Source of the DNA: Lama glama
Taxonomy: Eukaryota
Direction: 5' to 3'
Assembly (NCBI GenBank): GCA_028534125.1
Contig: CM052817.1
Coordinates: 89,344,001 to 89,408,000, forward strand
DNA length: 64,000 nt
Shown: positions 14,400 to 27,826 of the stretch, piece after piece
How positions within the stretch are numbered: the stretch's first letter is position 1
How the letters are laid out: each line of letters begins with the position of its first letter
The notes under the pieces: model-generated
Told to the model about the DNA's origin: nothing
What the model saw: only the letters and a program-made list of their open reading frames with translations
Database searches by the model: none
Program-made: the position numbers and the translations under genes

Positions 14400-17140
14400 C
14401 ACAAAAGCACAGTAATAATGATAATACTATCAAGTGAAAATGGAGAAGATGGAAAAGGATGGTGAAGATGTGCTGATTTTTCATTTGTTAATAATAAGAA
14501 ACTAACAGAATATGTTTGAAGTAAAAACATACATAGGATTTTAATTAGAAAATTTATCAGTAGAATAAAAATGCAAATACTCAAATATCAGAATTACACA
14601 CAGGAACAATGAAAACAGATTGTATAGGAGAGATTAAACATGTTAACAGAAAAATGACAAAATTAGGACAAAACTTCATAACAATAATGTAATAATATCA
14701 ATAAAGGTTAATAGAGTTAACCCATCTATAAAAAACAGCTTGACTTTGGATCTAAGCAAACACAAACCTATACTTTATAGAATATATAAAAGGTGATTCA
14801 TAAATCTGAAAAATGGGCATTATGTAAGTGCAAGCAAAAAGAAAGTAGGATTGTAACCTTAATATCAAACAAGGTAGGATTCAGGTTGATGTCTACTATA
14901 TGAGATAAAAGAGTGCTTCAGGATGCTAAAGCCTGCAGTCGACACAGAAGATAAGCAGTTATGCATATCTTTGTAAAGTATAACACAGCAGCAATATTAG
15001 TAAAGCAGAAATTACAGACATACACAGAAGCATTCTAAACATACAGCAATAAGTTGAAACTCTGAATATTTCAATTAATATATCAATGTCAAAGACTGCT
15101 TTTTGACAAACATCAAACAGCCAGAAAAACTCCTAACTCACCTAATCAAGAAAAAAAAAAGTGGGAACATATAAAATATGAAATAATAGGGAAACGGTCA
15201 CAGAAACAGGAAATTATAAGAATCAAACAAAACAGATTTGCTTTAAAATATGCAAATAAGCTTGAAAACCGGTGTAGGACAGATAAATTCTAGGAAAATA
15301 AATTTCCCAAAACTGACCCAGGAAGAAAATAAAGCCTATACATAATGAAACCTATAGAGAATATTGCCTTAAAACAATTAAATAACATAAAAACTAAATG
15401 AAAAAAGCTGAATCAAACCTCAGGGGATCAGAGAGCTTATAGGATAATTTTAGTAAATCTCTAAAAAGCAAATAACTAAATAACATGAAAATACATCCAG
15501 AGTACATAAAAAGAAGAGAGATTCCAAATTCAAATTATAAATTGAGTATACATTAATACTAATATATGACAATAATTTTACAACAAATAAAATAAAATCA
15601 CAAGAATATCACTTATGAATATTGGCCTAAAAATAACAAATAAGCAGATTTTAGCAACCTACTTAAAGAAATAAATGCAACATAGCCTAACAGTGTTTAT
15701 TTTAGGAATTCAATGATGTTTCAATATTGTTAAATTGATTGATATAATTTATCAAATCAGTATTCCTAGAAAAATATCAGAGACTTTTTTCATAGGAAAT
15801 AAGAAGTATTTGACCAAACTGAAGTCAGTTTTTGAAAATAAAACTTCAAGAAAATAAGAAATAATTAATATTTTCTTAAGATGATAAAACAGACCTATCA
15901 CAACCTCAACTTCCCTCTTAATAAGTTAAGCTTTGTACTTGAGTTCTAATCAAAGCAATTTTAAAAGGTAAGTAAATTGCATGAAGTATGAAAAGTAGGA
16001 AAAAATAAGGAAATAAAATTATTTGTTTATAAGTGATAAACACAGCATGTCTGTAAAATGTAAGAGAATCAACTGAAATTGATCCCAAACAATAAGATAA
16101 ATCAATAATATTTCAAGCAATCAAATGTATAAATAGAAATAACCAGTGGTCCTTAAATAGTCAATTATAATTCAGAATTTCTAACTATGTAAGGGAACCT
16201 ACTTACAATAACACAAAAATCAAATATACCTATGAATTATATTAAATAGGAAATACATAAAATTCACACAAAGAAAAACTTAAGCTACTGAAGGAAACAA
16301 ATGATGCTCTTACAAATAAAAATTATATCACATTCTAGGATATTATAATGACTTCAATTTTCTGCAAGTGAATTCATTTTTATAATACCAGTTTTAAAAA
16401 TTCACATGGAAAAATAAGCAAACAAGTATAAATAAGAAAATTCTAATTCAGAATGGACACTAGCCCTGCTAGACACTAAACAGTAATTTCATTCATTATG
16501 TGTTACAGCCAACTAGAGACAGTGCAGCGTAACAATAATAATAGCAGTAATAACAACGACGGTGGTGGCGAAGATGACACAGTCTTACAGTCCTGGGGTT
16601 AGATACAGCCCTGGGGTTAGATACTGGCAGTGCTGCCCTTTGCCAAATGAATCTGGTAAGTAGGCCATGGTTTTGTCATCTGTCAAATGAAAAAACACTG
16701 TCCTATCAGGTGGCAGAATTAATTAAATAAAATACTATACATAAATCAACTAATATTATGCATATCATTAAGTGTCAACATTAAAGCAGTTTATTATAGG
16801 GTATGCATAGAAAGACAAATAGAATACAAGAAAAAGTCCAGAAACAGACTGAATAGGTATGAGTTGTTAATTGTTGTGATCTCAAATAAGGGAGAAAAAA
16901 TGGACTATTCAAGAAATAGTGTTCTGACCACTGGAGTCATCTGAAAAGAAATAAATAAGAAGATATATAGCATATCATTCACTAAAAAACATGTCAAACT
17001 GATTAAATATTCTAATGCAAAAAATAAGACCATAACAATACTAAAAGAAGACATAGCAGCCATTTCCTAGTAAGCTAAGAGTAGGGAAGATCTATGTTAA
17101 CATGATTTATAATTCAGAGGCAACAAAAGAGATAATTGTT
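14400..17140 (+). mobile_element. Ancient, highly degenerate L1 ORF2 region (L1M5/L1ME-like), interrupted by a MIR
   Basis: A-rich L1-sense strand with recognisable ORF2 landmarks: aaagtaggattgtaaccttaatatcaaacaaggtagg, gataaattctaggaaaataaatttcccaaaactgacccaggaaga, tatcacttatgaatat, aaaattcacatggaaaa, ggactattcaagaaatagtgttctgac. Confidence 0.75.
16510..16790 (+). mobile_element. MIR SINE
   Basis: gacagtgcagcgtaac...cctggggttagatactggc...catctgtcaaatga...attaagtgtcaaca. Confidence 0.6.
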
Positions 17141-17149
17141 TAATTAGAC

Positions 17150-19221
17150 CTTCAGTTATGAGAGTTCCAGGCAGAATGATGAAAGCGTCAGTAGTTCTTA
17201 TATATTGTGCATGAGTTACTACTACAAGAAAGAGATGAGCCAAAAAAATACCAAGCCCAATGCTGATAAGCTGAATTTAGAGTAAATTTTAAAAGGATCA
17301 GAATCTGCTAGGTTAGAAAAGAATATGAATTAACATATTCAGGTTCTTAAGGCACAAAGATATTGTCAAAGTACAACCTATGGAATGGGAGAAAATATTT
17401 GCAAATGATGAGGCTGACAAGGGATTAATTTTCAAAATATACAAACAGCTCATATAGCTTAAAAAAAAATTAAAAATGGGCAGACCTAAACAGACATGTC
17501 TCCAAAGAAGACATCCAGATGGCCAACAGGCACATGAAAAGTTGCTCAACATGGCTAATTATTATAGAAATAAAACAAAACTACAGAGGTATCACCTCAC
17601 ACCAATGAGAATGGCCACCATTAAAAAGTCTATAAATAATAAATGCTAGAGAGGGTGTAGAGAAAAAGGAACCCTACTACACTCTTGATAGGAATGTAAA
17701 TTGCTGCAACCACTATGGAGAAAAGTATGGAGATTCCTTAAAAAACTAAACATAGAGTTACCTTATGATCCAGCAATCCCACTTCTGGGAATATATTCAC
17801 AATCTAAATGTCCACTGATTTTTCTGGATATAGAAGATGCGATATAGATATAGATATATATCAACTTCTATACACACATACACACACACACTCACCCATA
17901 AAAAGGAATTCAATAATGCCATTTGCAGCAACATGGATGGACTTAAACATTATCATGTTAAGTGAAGTAAGTTGTACAGAAAAAGACAAATATCATATAT
18001 TATCACTTATACATGGAATCTAAAAAAAAAATGACACAAATAAACTTATTTATAAACCAGAAATAGACTCACAGACATAGAAAACACATATAGTTACCAA
18101 AGGGGAAAGGGGTGAGGGGGAGAGTTAATTAGGAGCTTGAGATTAACAAATACATACTACTATATATAAAATAGATAAACAGCAAGGACCTACTGTATAG
18201 CACAAGGAACAACATTAAATATCTTGTAATAACCTATAATGGAAAAGAATCTGAAAAATAATATATATGTGTATGTGTAATTTAATCACTTTTTATTGTA
18301 CACTCAGAACTAACACAACATTGTAAATCAACTATACATCAATAAAAAAATTGTCCAAGTATACAATGACTTCAGGGTAAAGATTAAATCAGGTGTTTGA
18401 CTGTGACACCCTTTGACAGGCCTCTGAAAGAATTAACACATTTCCTAAGGAACATTTTCAAGAAGATAAAAAGGATTCTAGGAATCTTTAGGATTTTTGA
18501 TTCACAGCAGGCTGCCATGTCCATTGCATTTCTGCTTACACATTGACTAACCTGTGTAGAAAGACCTATCTTAATAGGAATGCTCTTGATGGATTCTGTG
18601 GTACAAAATATTGCAGTTGGCAAGTTCTAGCAGCTTGGTATAAAAGGGACTGAGATTGTTCAAAACTCAAAAAGTTAACTGGGATCACACCTTTAAATTA
18701 CACACATCAGGCTGAGAAGGTGGACATAGCTCAAAGGCCGTATAGTCTATGTTCTCTTTAGAAGTGGCTGGACAGAAGTATAGAAAAGGAAGAACTTCCC
18801 ACAGAGCAAAGTCAAGGACAAAATGACTTTCCCAAGTTGTGGAACCAGGGTCTGGTCAAGCAATATTAACCAACTCAGAACAGCAAGTCTGTCAAAACCT
18901 AGATTATAGAATTACTGAAGACTCCTATGTGTCTCCCATTCCTCCTCTTTTCAAATGGGAGGGTCCATAGAGGTTATCTATTTGTGTGTCATCATTATAC
19001 ACTGGCTGTTTGGAGAGGAAGATAACTTGCCTCTTTAGTTGGCATTTCTTCAGATTAATAGAAACTACATTCAAACATGAACCTCTAGCCCTAATGTAGA
19101 TCATGAGATCTATATGGACTCTGAGTGTGACAATGTGATTCAATGAGATTTAGGTGGTTTTGAGGGGGTGAGTGTACTTTGCAGATGGAAGGGACGGGAA
19201 TATCCAGGTCAGGGGGTGGAC
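17150..19221 (+). mobile_element. MaLR internal region (MLT1-int), split by a younger L1 insertion
   Basis: ctacaagaaagagatgagc and ggtaaagattaaatcaggtgt..gactgtgacaccctttga are MLT1-int hallmarks. Ends in purine-rich ggtcagggggtggac immediately before the 3' LTR TG. Confidence 0.75.
17374..18349 (+). mobile_element. 5'-truncated L1 (about 1 kb; artiodactyl-type 3'UTR)
   Basis: ORF2 3' end (gaatgggagaaaatatttgcaaatgat...) plus 3'UTR ending ttgtaaatcaactatacatcaataaaaaaa. TSD ATTGTCAAAGTA (17362-17373) / ATTGTCCAAGTA (18350-18361). Confidence 0.93.
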
Positions 19222-19741
19222 TGTGGTAGCTGATTACATAACTAACTTCAATTCTTCACCCTTCTTTGTGCTCAGGCCCCACGCAATGTGACTTAGAAGT
19301 TCTTCCTAGAAGGTGGCAGAGTTCACTTCACTACCCTTAGCATCTCAGCTGGACTTGCTTTTGCCCATGTGATATGGTGGAAGTGATGGTGTGCCAGTTC
19401 CAAGCCTAGGCCACAAGAAGCATTGTATGTGTCCACTCGCCTTCTTTGTTTTCTGCTCTCCCCACTAGGATATGCTTGTGTGCATTCCTTCGTGAGTGCC
19501 ACTCACAGATAAAGCTGATCTAGGCCAGTTACAGCTGAGGCCTGAGACATGTGAATGTGACATTGGCAGCTGACTGGCAGCTAACTGCAGATGTCTGAGG
19601 AAGCCCTGAGGAGATCAATTCAGATCAACAGAACCAGTCAGCTGATCCACAGATTGGTAAGCAAAAATAAATGTTGACTGTGTTTGCCACTAAGGTTTTA
19701 TGGTTGTTGCCAGCATTATTCTGTAACAAATAATTAATGCA
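19222..19741 (+). mobile_element. MaLR 3' LTR (MLT1G/H-like)
   Basis: TG...CA termini, AATAAA near 19666, ttgccactaaggttttatggttgtt end motif, follows MLT1-int. Confidence 0.85.
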
Positions 19742-19761
19742 AGATGTTTCTATTGAGGGTG

Positions 19762-20030
19762 CTCAGTGTGGTGAAAATAGCTATTCAGGCTCTTTGGTCA
19801 CACAGAATGTGTTTGAATCCGTATTCTCCCAATACTTCTTTAAAATACTGGACAAGTTACCAAACTTATTTAAGCCCAAGTATTCTCGCCATGAGAATGA
19901 GGATAGTGGCTAGCAGTAGCATCTCTCTCATAAGGGCTGTTTTAAGACTTAAATGTGATGATATGCCAAACTGCAGAGCAAAGTAGTTAGCACATGGTAA
20001 GTGCTAAATAAATTCTAGTTATTATTCTTA
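19762..20030 (+). mobile_element. MIR SINE (near full length)
   Basis: gtttgaatcc...ctggacaagttac...ctcataagggctgttttaagacttaaatg...gcacatggtaagtgctaaataaat. Confidence 0.85.
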
Positions 20031-20734
20031 TTTTCCTATTCTTTTGAAATAATTTATGAACTGCTTCTGTATATTATAAAATAATTTCAAATGAATTTTA
20101 GTTTAACATTAAAAATTATATGACATAAACAACATGGCATGTACTACAATTGAATATTTTAAATAATACTTAAATAAGTGAAAAAAACAGCCTTCATAAA
20201 ACACTATAATTTCTACCACAGCAAAAATAAAGTTACATTCAACTATTTTATTTCCATCACTTAGCATATTTACAGCCAGATCGTGGGTGTCTACTAAATA
20301 TTTGTTGGACTGAACCTGTGCATAACATGGTCCAAGGACTTCCTTTTTTGCTGCCATCATATTGAAGACAGAATTAATGTAAGCTAAAAATTAATTTTAA
20401 TTAAATAACCACATTACCTATACATAGTAGCCACTCACCAGGAGTTTGTTGAATTGACTATGAAATCAAATACAAAAACACACAAAGGTCATGCAAATTA
20501 GGTAATTAACTTTTGAGAGGTGAATAAGGCCAAATGAATTATTCAATACTGTTTCTGTATTTCTAAATAATTGTTAATAAATGATTTATCAAATGTCAGC
20601 AAGAAAACACCACTTACATATGTAAGTAAACACTACTAACAGTGATCTCAATTAGCCAATAACTTGAAGATTAGGTAACAAACATAAAAATATATACTTA
20701 TTTTCTTCACATGTGATTTTTTCCAGGAAAAAAA

Positions 20735-21830
20735 AAATTTGTTGAGTGCCCTTTTTCTATTGCCAAGTATTAAAATACATGATAAAGAAAGGAAGCAAGT
20801 GGAAAAGCAAAATTTTATTTGGAGAAGTCACAACCTAGGGAGGGAGACAAATGCTTAATCAAATAATCATAATTCTGAGAAATATATGCTATATGATATG
20901 CCCAAGGGATATGGAAGCACGCAGTATGGAATGACTGTGCCAAAGGGGTAGGAGGTAAAGAAAGGCATTTCTTTACTTAATAGGCAATGTTTGTCATGTA
21001 AAAAAGGGAGGAGATGAATTCAGATCAAAAGACACTATTATGAGTTAATAAATGCACTTGGTGATATTTAACTGTACTTTCATCTACAACAATAATAAGA
21101 CTGAAAGATAGATGTTATTATGTCATTATGTTATATGTTAAAGAATTGGGAATTAAATCTAGGGTCTTCAGTCTTTCAGGGCAATTCAGATTCTACCATC
21201 CTAAGTAAAAATATATAGAAAAGCATAAAAGTGTGGAACGGCACTATGGAATGTGGCTAGAACAGAGAATGCATGTTGCAGGCAGGAGCTATGCAGGGAC
21301 GGCAAACTCTGAGGCTGTAAATAAAAGTAAGCACATATTTGGCCACAAAGAACATCTATGCCATTCTACAGGACTGGATTTTCTTCATGAAAGTGACACA
21401 GAATAACTGAAGAAATGCAGAGGATTTTATATAATCCACCTGTATATCAGAAAGAGCTTCTGCCAATACTTGAAACATCTGAGGAAGGAAAATCAGAAGA
21501 CATGATTGGGAGTATCAGGTAACTAACAAATAGTGAAGGAGTGAGAAAATGAAGTCTTAGTTCAAAGAACTGAGAGTGGGTTTACAAAAGGATAGAATTC
21601 AGAGATATTTTACAGATAGAATCAATAGCATTTATGGCCAATCTACAGGAATAGTGAGAATGGAGCTCAGAGTTATCAAGTTGGGGCCAGCAGGCATACT
21701 GAGCACTATTAACAGAGACAGAGTGAATAAAAAAGGAAGCAGATTTGTGGAGAAGTCCTGGAATTCCATTAAGGATTTGCCGTGATTGAGGTGGCTGTAG
21801 ACCATTTAAAGTAGGACATGTAGTAGGAAA
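20735..21830 (-). mobile_element. L2 fragments (with a MIR remnant at about 21060-21200)
   Basis: atttgttgagtgcc L2 3' end (reverse) and purine-rich L2 body. Confidence 0.65.
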
Positions 21831-21899
21831 GGTTACTTAGATATATATGCTGATACTTATGTACTATGTATTTCATTTAGCTTACTAACATATACTACA

Positions 21900-22950
21900 T
21901 ATTACAGCCAAGCATGAACTGGAGGGCTGGAAAACCATACGAGAAAGCAAAGTGAGCACTGAAACTAACAAAATAAGTATTCCATCTACTCAAAAAGTTT
22001 AAAATAAAATGTAATTAATAACAGGAAATGTAAATTCATTTACTACTAATAATGTAACCACAGGAAAAAAAGAATTCTAACTATAATGACCAAAAAAGAA
22101 ATAAACAGTAATTAGGTGTCATAAATATCATATTTTCATTAAGAGAAGACAACACTGTCTTGATATTTTAGAGAAATATTGATCTTAAATGTATTTTATT
22201 CACATGACTTTTGTTAAACAAACTAAGCATGATTAGTTTTTTTATTATGTCCAAATCAATATAAATTAAAAAAAATAGAATGCTTAATATTACAAATGAC
22301 AAGTGCTAAAACACCCCATTAGTGTTTTTCTTATATTAACATATTCTTATTATTTCTTATATTAACATATTCTTATTATATTAACATTTTCTTATATTAA
22401 CGTAAGAAAAACAAGGAAATTTTTTACAAGGGAATAACAGAAGGAAAAAATTGTGACTAAAATAAAATCTGCATATTACTGTAAGTGTAAAGGTTAAGCT
22501 CTTTGATTTGTAGAAGAATGATCTCAAACTCATAAAGCCAAAGCAAAAGAATATAATTAACAGGACTCACACATCTAAATGACTGAAAATGATTAAAGGT
22601 ATCAGGTAACATGTGAATGGAAAGAGCTAAACAATATAACCAACAACAAATCAAATACAGTGTGGAAATATTAATATCTGATGGAGGAAAAATAAAAGGA
22701 GAAAAATCAATCACAAACACAAAGTTATTTTAAATATTCATGTAAATGAAGCAGCCGAGCCACAATGAAAGTGTAACTATAGAAAAAAATTTCTCATCAT
22801 GTAAATAGGATTAAAATATCTGATATAAAATCTTGAATATAAGAATATGAAAAAGTAGATTTTAACCAAGAACAGGCAAAACAATGAAAAAGTATACAAC
22901 ATAGTTCAATATCAATAAGAAAAGATACACTACATGTAACCTCTTCAAGG
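21900..22950 (+). mobile_element. Ancient L1 fragment (inter-ORF and ORF2 5' part)
   Basis: ttactgtaagtgtaaaggttaagctctttgatt and gtggaaatattaatatctgatgg resemble the ORF2 EN start; A-rich. Confidence 0.5.
22328..22401. repeat. Short AT-rich tandem duplication (26-bp unit TTCTTATATTAACATATTCTTATTAT x2 plus partial copies)
   Basis: Read directly. Confidence 0.85.
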
Positions 22951-23399
22951 GTGTCCAGTTCAAAATCCATTCATTTGATGAAGTTTGAACAAGAAAGGAT
23001 AAAAACACAAGTAGAGGTGGAAGTACTTGTAACTCTGTACACAGAACCTTTGCACTTGGCTTCATACTTTCTTCCTTAATTCATTCTACCCCATCTCCAA
23101 GGACTCCCTGCAATTTACCCCCAGGTTAAAATATTATTTTTCATTACCTCAAAGGATATTAAATTTATTTTCTGAGAAGAACTTAAGCTACTAGAATAGG
23201 GGACATGATTTTAAGGAAAGTCCTTCATATTTTGATTGTGGATTTCTCCTACTCTAAATGCTCATTGCTGATTTTGTACTAGATAGACCATAAAAGAAGC
23301 AACTCATTGAAATGCTCTGCCCATATACTTAAGGCAACTCATCACCTTCACAGTATATGGGAGGCAGCTACTTGAAAAAACAGAAATACATACAAAGTA

Positions 23400-23600
23400 C
23401 TACCTAGAGCTGCAGAGTTGTTTCTGGAGTCTGACTGACCAAGTTAGAACCCTGTGTACTCTATGTGCTAGCTATGTAGTGTTGAAAATGTGTGCACTCT
23501 TTCTCTACTCTTGTTTCCTCATTTCATCTATGAATAATGGATAGTACTATTGCCTATCTCAGAGTTTGTGAGAATTAAAGAAGCTGAGGCATTGAAGTAT
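23400..23600 (+). mobile_element. MIR SINE
   Basis: tctggagtctgactgacc...ctagctatgt...gtttcctcatt...ctatctcagagtttgtgagaattaaag. Confidence 0.7.
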
Positions 23601-23689
23601 TATAGGAAGCAAAATAACACCATGGAAGAGAATACCAAAATAAGTTAGACCAATTCTTACCATTGGTAAGGGTGCTATTTTAGGGAGAA

Positions 23690-24170
23690 GCAAAATCTTT
23701 AAAAAATTTCATGTAAATAAGAAGTATTTTTTATACAGTCAACAAAATTATACTATATAGCAAAAATTACAATCAGCAGCAGCAAGAAAATATAAATAAC
23801 CTAGAAACTACCTTTGGAAATACATGCAATCTACATAGAGAAAAAGTTAAAATGCCATTGAGGAAGACACACACATTCCAGACAACCTGAACCAATGGAA
23901 AGACTTTTTAACTTTGTAAAGACTGCATTTCTTCCTAGATTAATATATTATTTCATAACATTTATGTGAACCTAATAAAAATAATCGATATAACTTGTTC
24001 TTACTGTTATCGGTTGGAAGTAGAAAGGTGATTCTATAGCCCATATGTTAAATAAACATTGGCATTAAACCAGATCCTTTGGAAAAGAAGAGTAATGATA
24101 GGGACTCATCATATCACACATTCAATTATTAAAGAACTTTGACAATTAAAGCACTGTGCTTTTGGTAAGT
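23690..24170 (+). mobile_element. Ancient L1 ORF2 fragment
   Basis: aaatataaataacctagaaact...aaccaatggaaagac...attaatatatta...ggaaaagaagagtaatga. Confidence 0.55.
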
Positions 24171-24174
24171 TCTT

Positions 24175-24690
24175 GGGGTAAAGAAGACCAGGCAGAGGAA
24201 ACTAATTCAGAGCTTCTATAATAGGAATGATCTTGATACTTTGAAAGAGAAGGCAGATAGGACTATGGTAGCAGGGAGACCAGAGTGGAAGGCAGGTTGC
24301 AGGTCTTTGAGGAACTTGCAGGCAATGAAATGGTTTTTATACTTTATAGTAAGAGCTCTGTATATATAGAAAAGATAGAATTAACTGTGGAGATGGAAGG
24401 AAAAGGACTCAGAACAGAAATCTGGAATGTATCTGTAGTGGGGACAGGCAGAAAAAAAAAAGGCAAGCAATGATATAAAAAAGTAGTCTAAGAGAAATAA
24501 GGATACTTAGGAGATAGAATTATCATTTAAGACAAATATAAAGAAAAATGTGTTGGAATAACAATACCGTTGAACATTTAAAATACTACCATGGGTTTAA
24601 GATATACTGAAAAAGAGTCTATTGGATTTGTAAATTATGATGTACTTACAAAGCTATTTTACTGACAGAAAAAGGAAATCAGAGTTACAA
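24175..24690 (-). mobile_element. L2 fragment
   Basis: Purine-rich L2-type sequence (ggcagaggaaac...gcagggagaccag...ctattggatttg). Confidence 0.45.
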
Positions 24691-27172
24691 ATAAACATGC
24701 ATAATATCACTTGAGAATTTTAAATGTTTTGCCTAATGTTAGTCCTTGAATACTGGAAATCAGTAAGGAAGATTTACTTCCATAGACTCCTGAGACCTTT
24801 AGAATTTTGTATGCTTTGTACTTACATAACAGACTACATGGATATTTGAATATGACATTATTTTGACTCATCATAAGAAGGCCAAATACTTTAAGTGATT
24901 TTTTTTTGCAATAGTTACTCATTAACATTTATTAAGTTGAATTCTTTCTTGATCTACTTTGAACCAAATAAAACAATTTGTACACCTAGAACAGAGCAAA
25001 ATTACTTGGCATATTTGAATCTAAAGCCCTATCAAGTCTAGGTAGAGATTATGGCCCATAACCCTTAAAAAGTGGTAAAACAGGATTGTAAAATGTAGTA
25101 ATTTATAATGTTTATATTTAGTAATAGCAATTCACACAATTTTATTGCTATTGTTATTTAGACAATTATAATAATGATTTAATTTCATGAAGCCATTCAT
25201 TAATGAAAAACCTAGGAAAGGTAGTCTTTCTTCAATTTGTCATACACCTTCCACCCACCTTAACATCCTATAGCCCCCACAATAATATTTTGATAAATTC
25301 TGGGTCTTTCTTATAGTTTCTTATTTTACTATAAAGTTTTGAGGACACTGCACACTTTATAGTAAACATACATTTAACCAAGGATATATTTATTTTAAAG
25401 CATAGTTTTGAGAAAAGCTTCTTCCTCTCCCTAGAGAATAGTTATGTCTCCTTATTACAAATACTTTGAAATAGGGAAGAGATTATTAGTCCCTAAAGAC
25501 TTGCTGCTCAGTTGAGAGAATTTTAAGCCTCAGTGAAAATATATCAAGATAGCCTTTGTCAGGAACATAAATGTGGTTCACTTTCCTCTAGTCTTGATTT
25601 TTTAATTTCTATTTTATTTTATCTCATATTTTCTCTTTAATAGTTAACATTTTCATTAATGAAATAGGAAAAGCATGAATAAATTTTATTATCAGGGTAT
25701 TTGATGGTAATAAAAATCTAATGAAAAAAGGATAATTTATTAGTTACAATCATACTCCAATTTACTGAAGAATTAATTTATTGTAAACATTGTTTCTCAG
25801 TTATTTCTTCCATTTTGTTGGAATAGTTTAGCCATTTCCTCAACTTCATAAGTTCTTGAATTTTCCCTAGTGAAATGGGACACTACTTAAGTTGTTAAAA
25901 ATTTGTGTTTATCAAAATTTTAAGTTAATATCCAAATTTTGTGGATTATCATAGAAGCAATCTGTCCTCTTGACTTCAATCTTGAACTAATTTTAGAAGT
26001 AATGCTGTGGTTTTCTTTACTCAGTTAAGAGGAAACACTTATTGATAAATTTTGCTTTTTAGTCAAATAGTAGTTGTCATAAGCTTCAGAAATATTTTCT
26101 ACATATAATTCCCCAAGCTGGCCTATGACTCACAACTGCATCATTTCTCTCATAGGGGAGACCTCAATTTACTTATAGAATCATATCTCACTTTATATTC
26201 CAGTATTTCATGAAATTTAGCTAATTTCTCTTCTAAATCAGATTCTTTCATCTTGGAGATGGAAGCTCATCATACCTGGGCTTTTCCCTTTGGCCTGGCT
26301 CATTTGGACAGATACTGTTTTCAAATTATCTTTTTGTTTTTGGATTTTCAGCCTTTGATGTTGCCTTTCTGATTTCCCTCGATTCAACACTACAAAACAG
26401 GGAACCATCTCCTTCCTCAATACTGATCTCACTCAAGGCTCTTGGAATCCTGAAAAGGTCTCAATTCTACTACCTTAATTGTCTTTAAGGGAAGATCAAC
26501 AGAAAGTGACTATGTAAGACAATTTTTAAGAACAATCTATGAAAAACATAAAAACAGAATGGTTTACCAAAGCCAGTTTTATTTTAATCCAAGTGAAAAA
26601 TCTAATTTGGTAAAAAATACCTTAAAAATAATATAAGAAATCATGTACTATATAGTTTTCATGTGTATGAAAATATCACTTTTTTAGTCAGTTTTGCAAA
26701 TACTGAAGATATTAGTCAGCTCTATTATGGGACCTAGACTTGATATTCTGTGCTGCTCAGTTTTGTTATAAAATCACAAGAACTCTAATCCCTCCAAATT
26801 CATGCTTAAATTAGAAAAGAAGATTATTTCTATGACCACAACACTGATAAAATTCATATTATGCTATCCTCTCATTTATTTGTTTATTTACTTTAAAAAA
26901 TACATATATTTTTTAAATGAGTGGAGCCTTCAAGATTGAGAAGGGATACTGTGAATCCAAAAATTGACTGTTGCTCTTGGCCACCTCAGGCCACTTCATG
27001 ATCATCTGATACTCATAACAAGCAACGCTTCTTCTCCAGAGACTCCTTGGGCACATACTTTATCTCCAGATCTATTCTCCCATTCTATGTCACATTACAA
27101 TATGGGAGCGAAACAATCTATATCACTCCTTAGTTAGCTTATTTTAACTAGCAGTGGTGCATCCTCTATGCT

Positions 27173-27261
27173 CTTCCTTCCTTCCTTCCTTCCTTCCTTC
27201 TTTCTTTCCTTCCTTCCTTCCTTCCTTCCTTCCTTCCTTCCTTCCTTCCTTCCTTCCTTCC
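27173..27261. repeat. (TTCC)n tetranucleotide microsatellite, about 22 units
   Basis: Read directly; polypyrimidine/polypurine tract. Confidence 0.97.
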
Positions 27262-27434
27262 AATTCAAATCACTCCAAAGCACTAAGGGATAATGGAAGA
27301 ATGGACCTATAGAAATAGAATGAACTTAAATCCCAAAATGACTGAAAAAGGGAACTTCTGGCAGGACACAACTTTGAACCATTACATGCCATTTTTCCAA
27401 AAATATGAAGCAAATTAATACAGAAACTAAGAGG

Positions 27435-27826
27435 TGTCTTACCTTAAAAAAAAAACAACTGAGTAAATGTAAAGATGTAATTGGCTTTATTTAATGATTC
27501 ATGCATCAGGAAGCATCCCATCTAGCAAACAGGAAGGAGCTCCAAGTTGCTGAACAAAATGGTAGACTTGTATAGGCAAAAGGAGGCAAGTCAAGGAGGT
27601 TATTCTAGCAAACAGTGAACTGTTTCAGGCAAGGTCACCTTCCTTTAGGGGGATGATGGGGGGCTATCAAGCAGATTTCCTTGCTAATGTTGGCCAGGAA
27701 ATTCCAAACTGAGTGAGAAGACATTCCTGGGAGAGGCTAAATGTGATTAGGTTAGGTATTAAGCCTCAATTTCTTGACATGGCCTTAGCACAGATGACTC
27801 CATTTTGGGCCTGCTGTCTTTTTTTA
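27435..27826 (-). mobile_element. ERV1-class solo LTR
   Basis: attggctttatt (AATAAA on minus), caggaagcatcccatctagc, ttgtataggc (TATA region), gactccattttgggc near the U3 start; about 390 bp. Confidence 0.75.
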
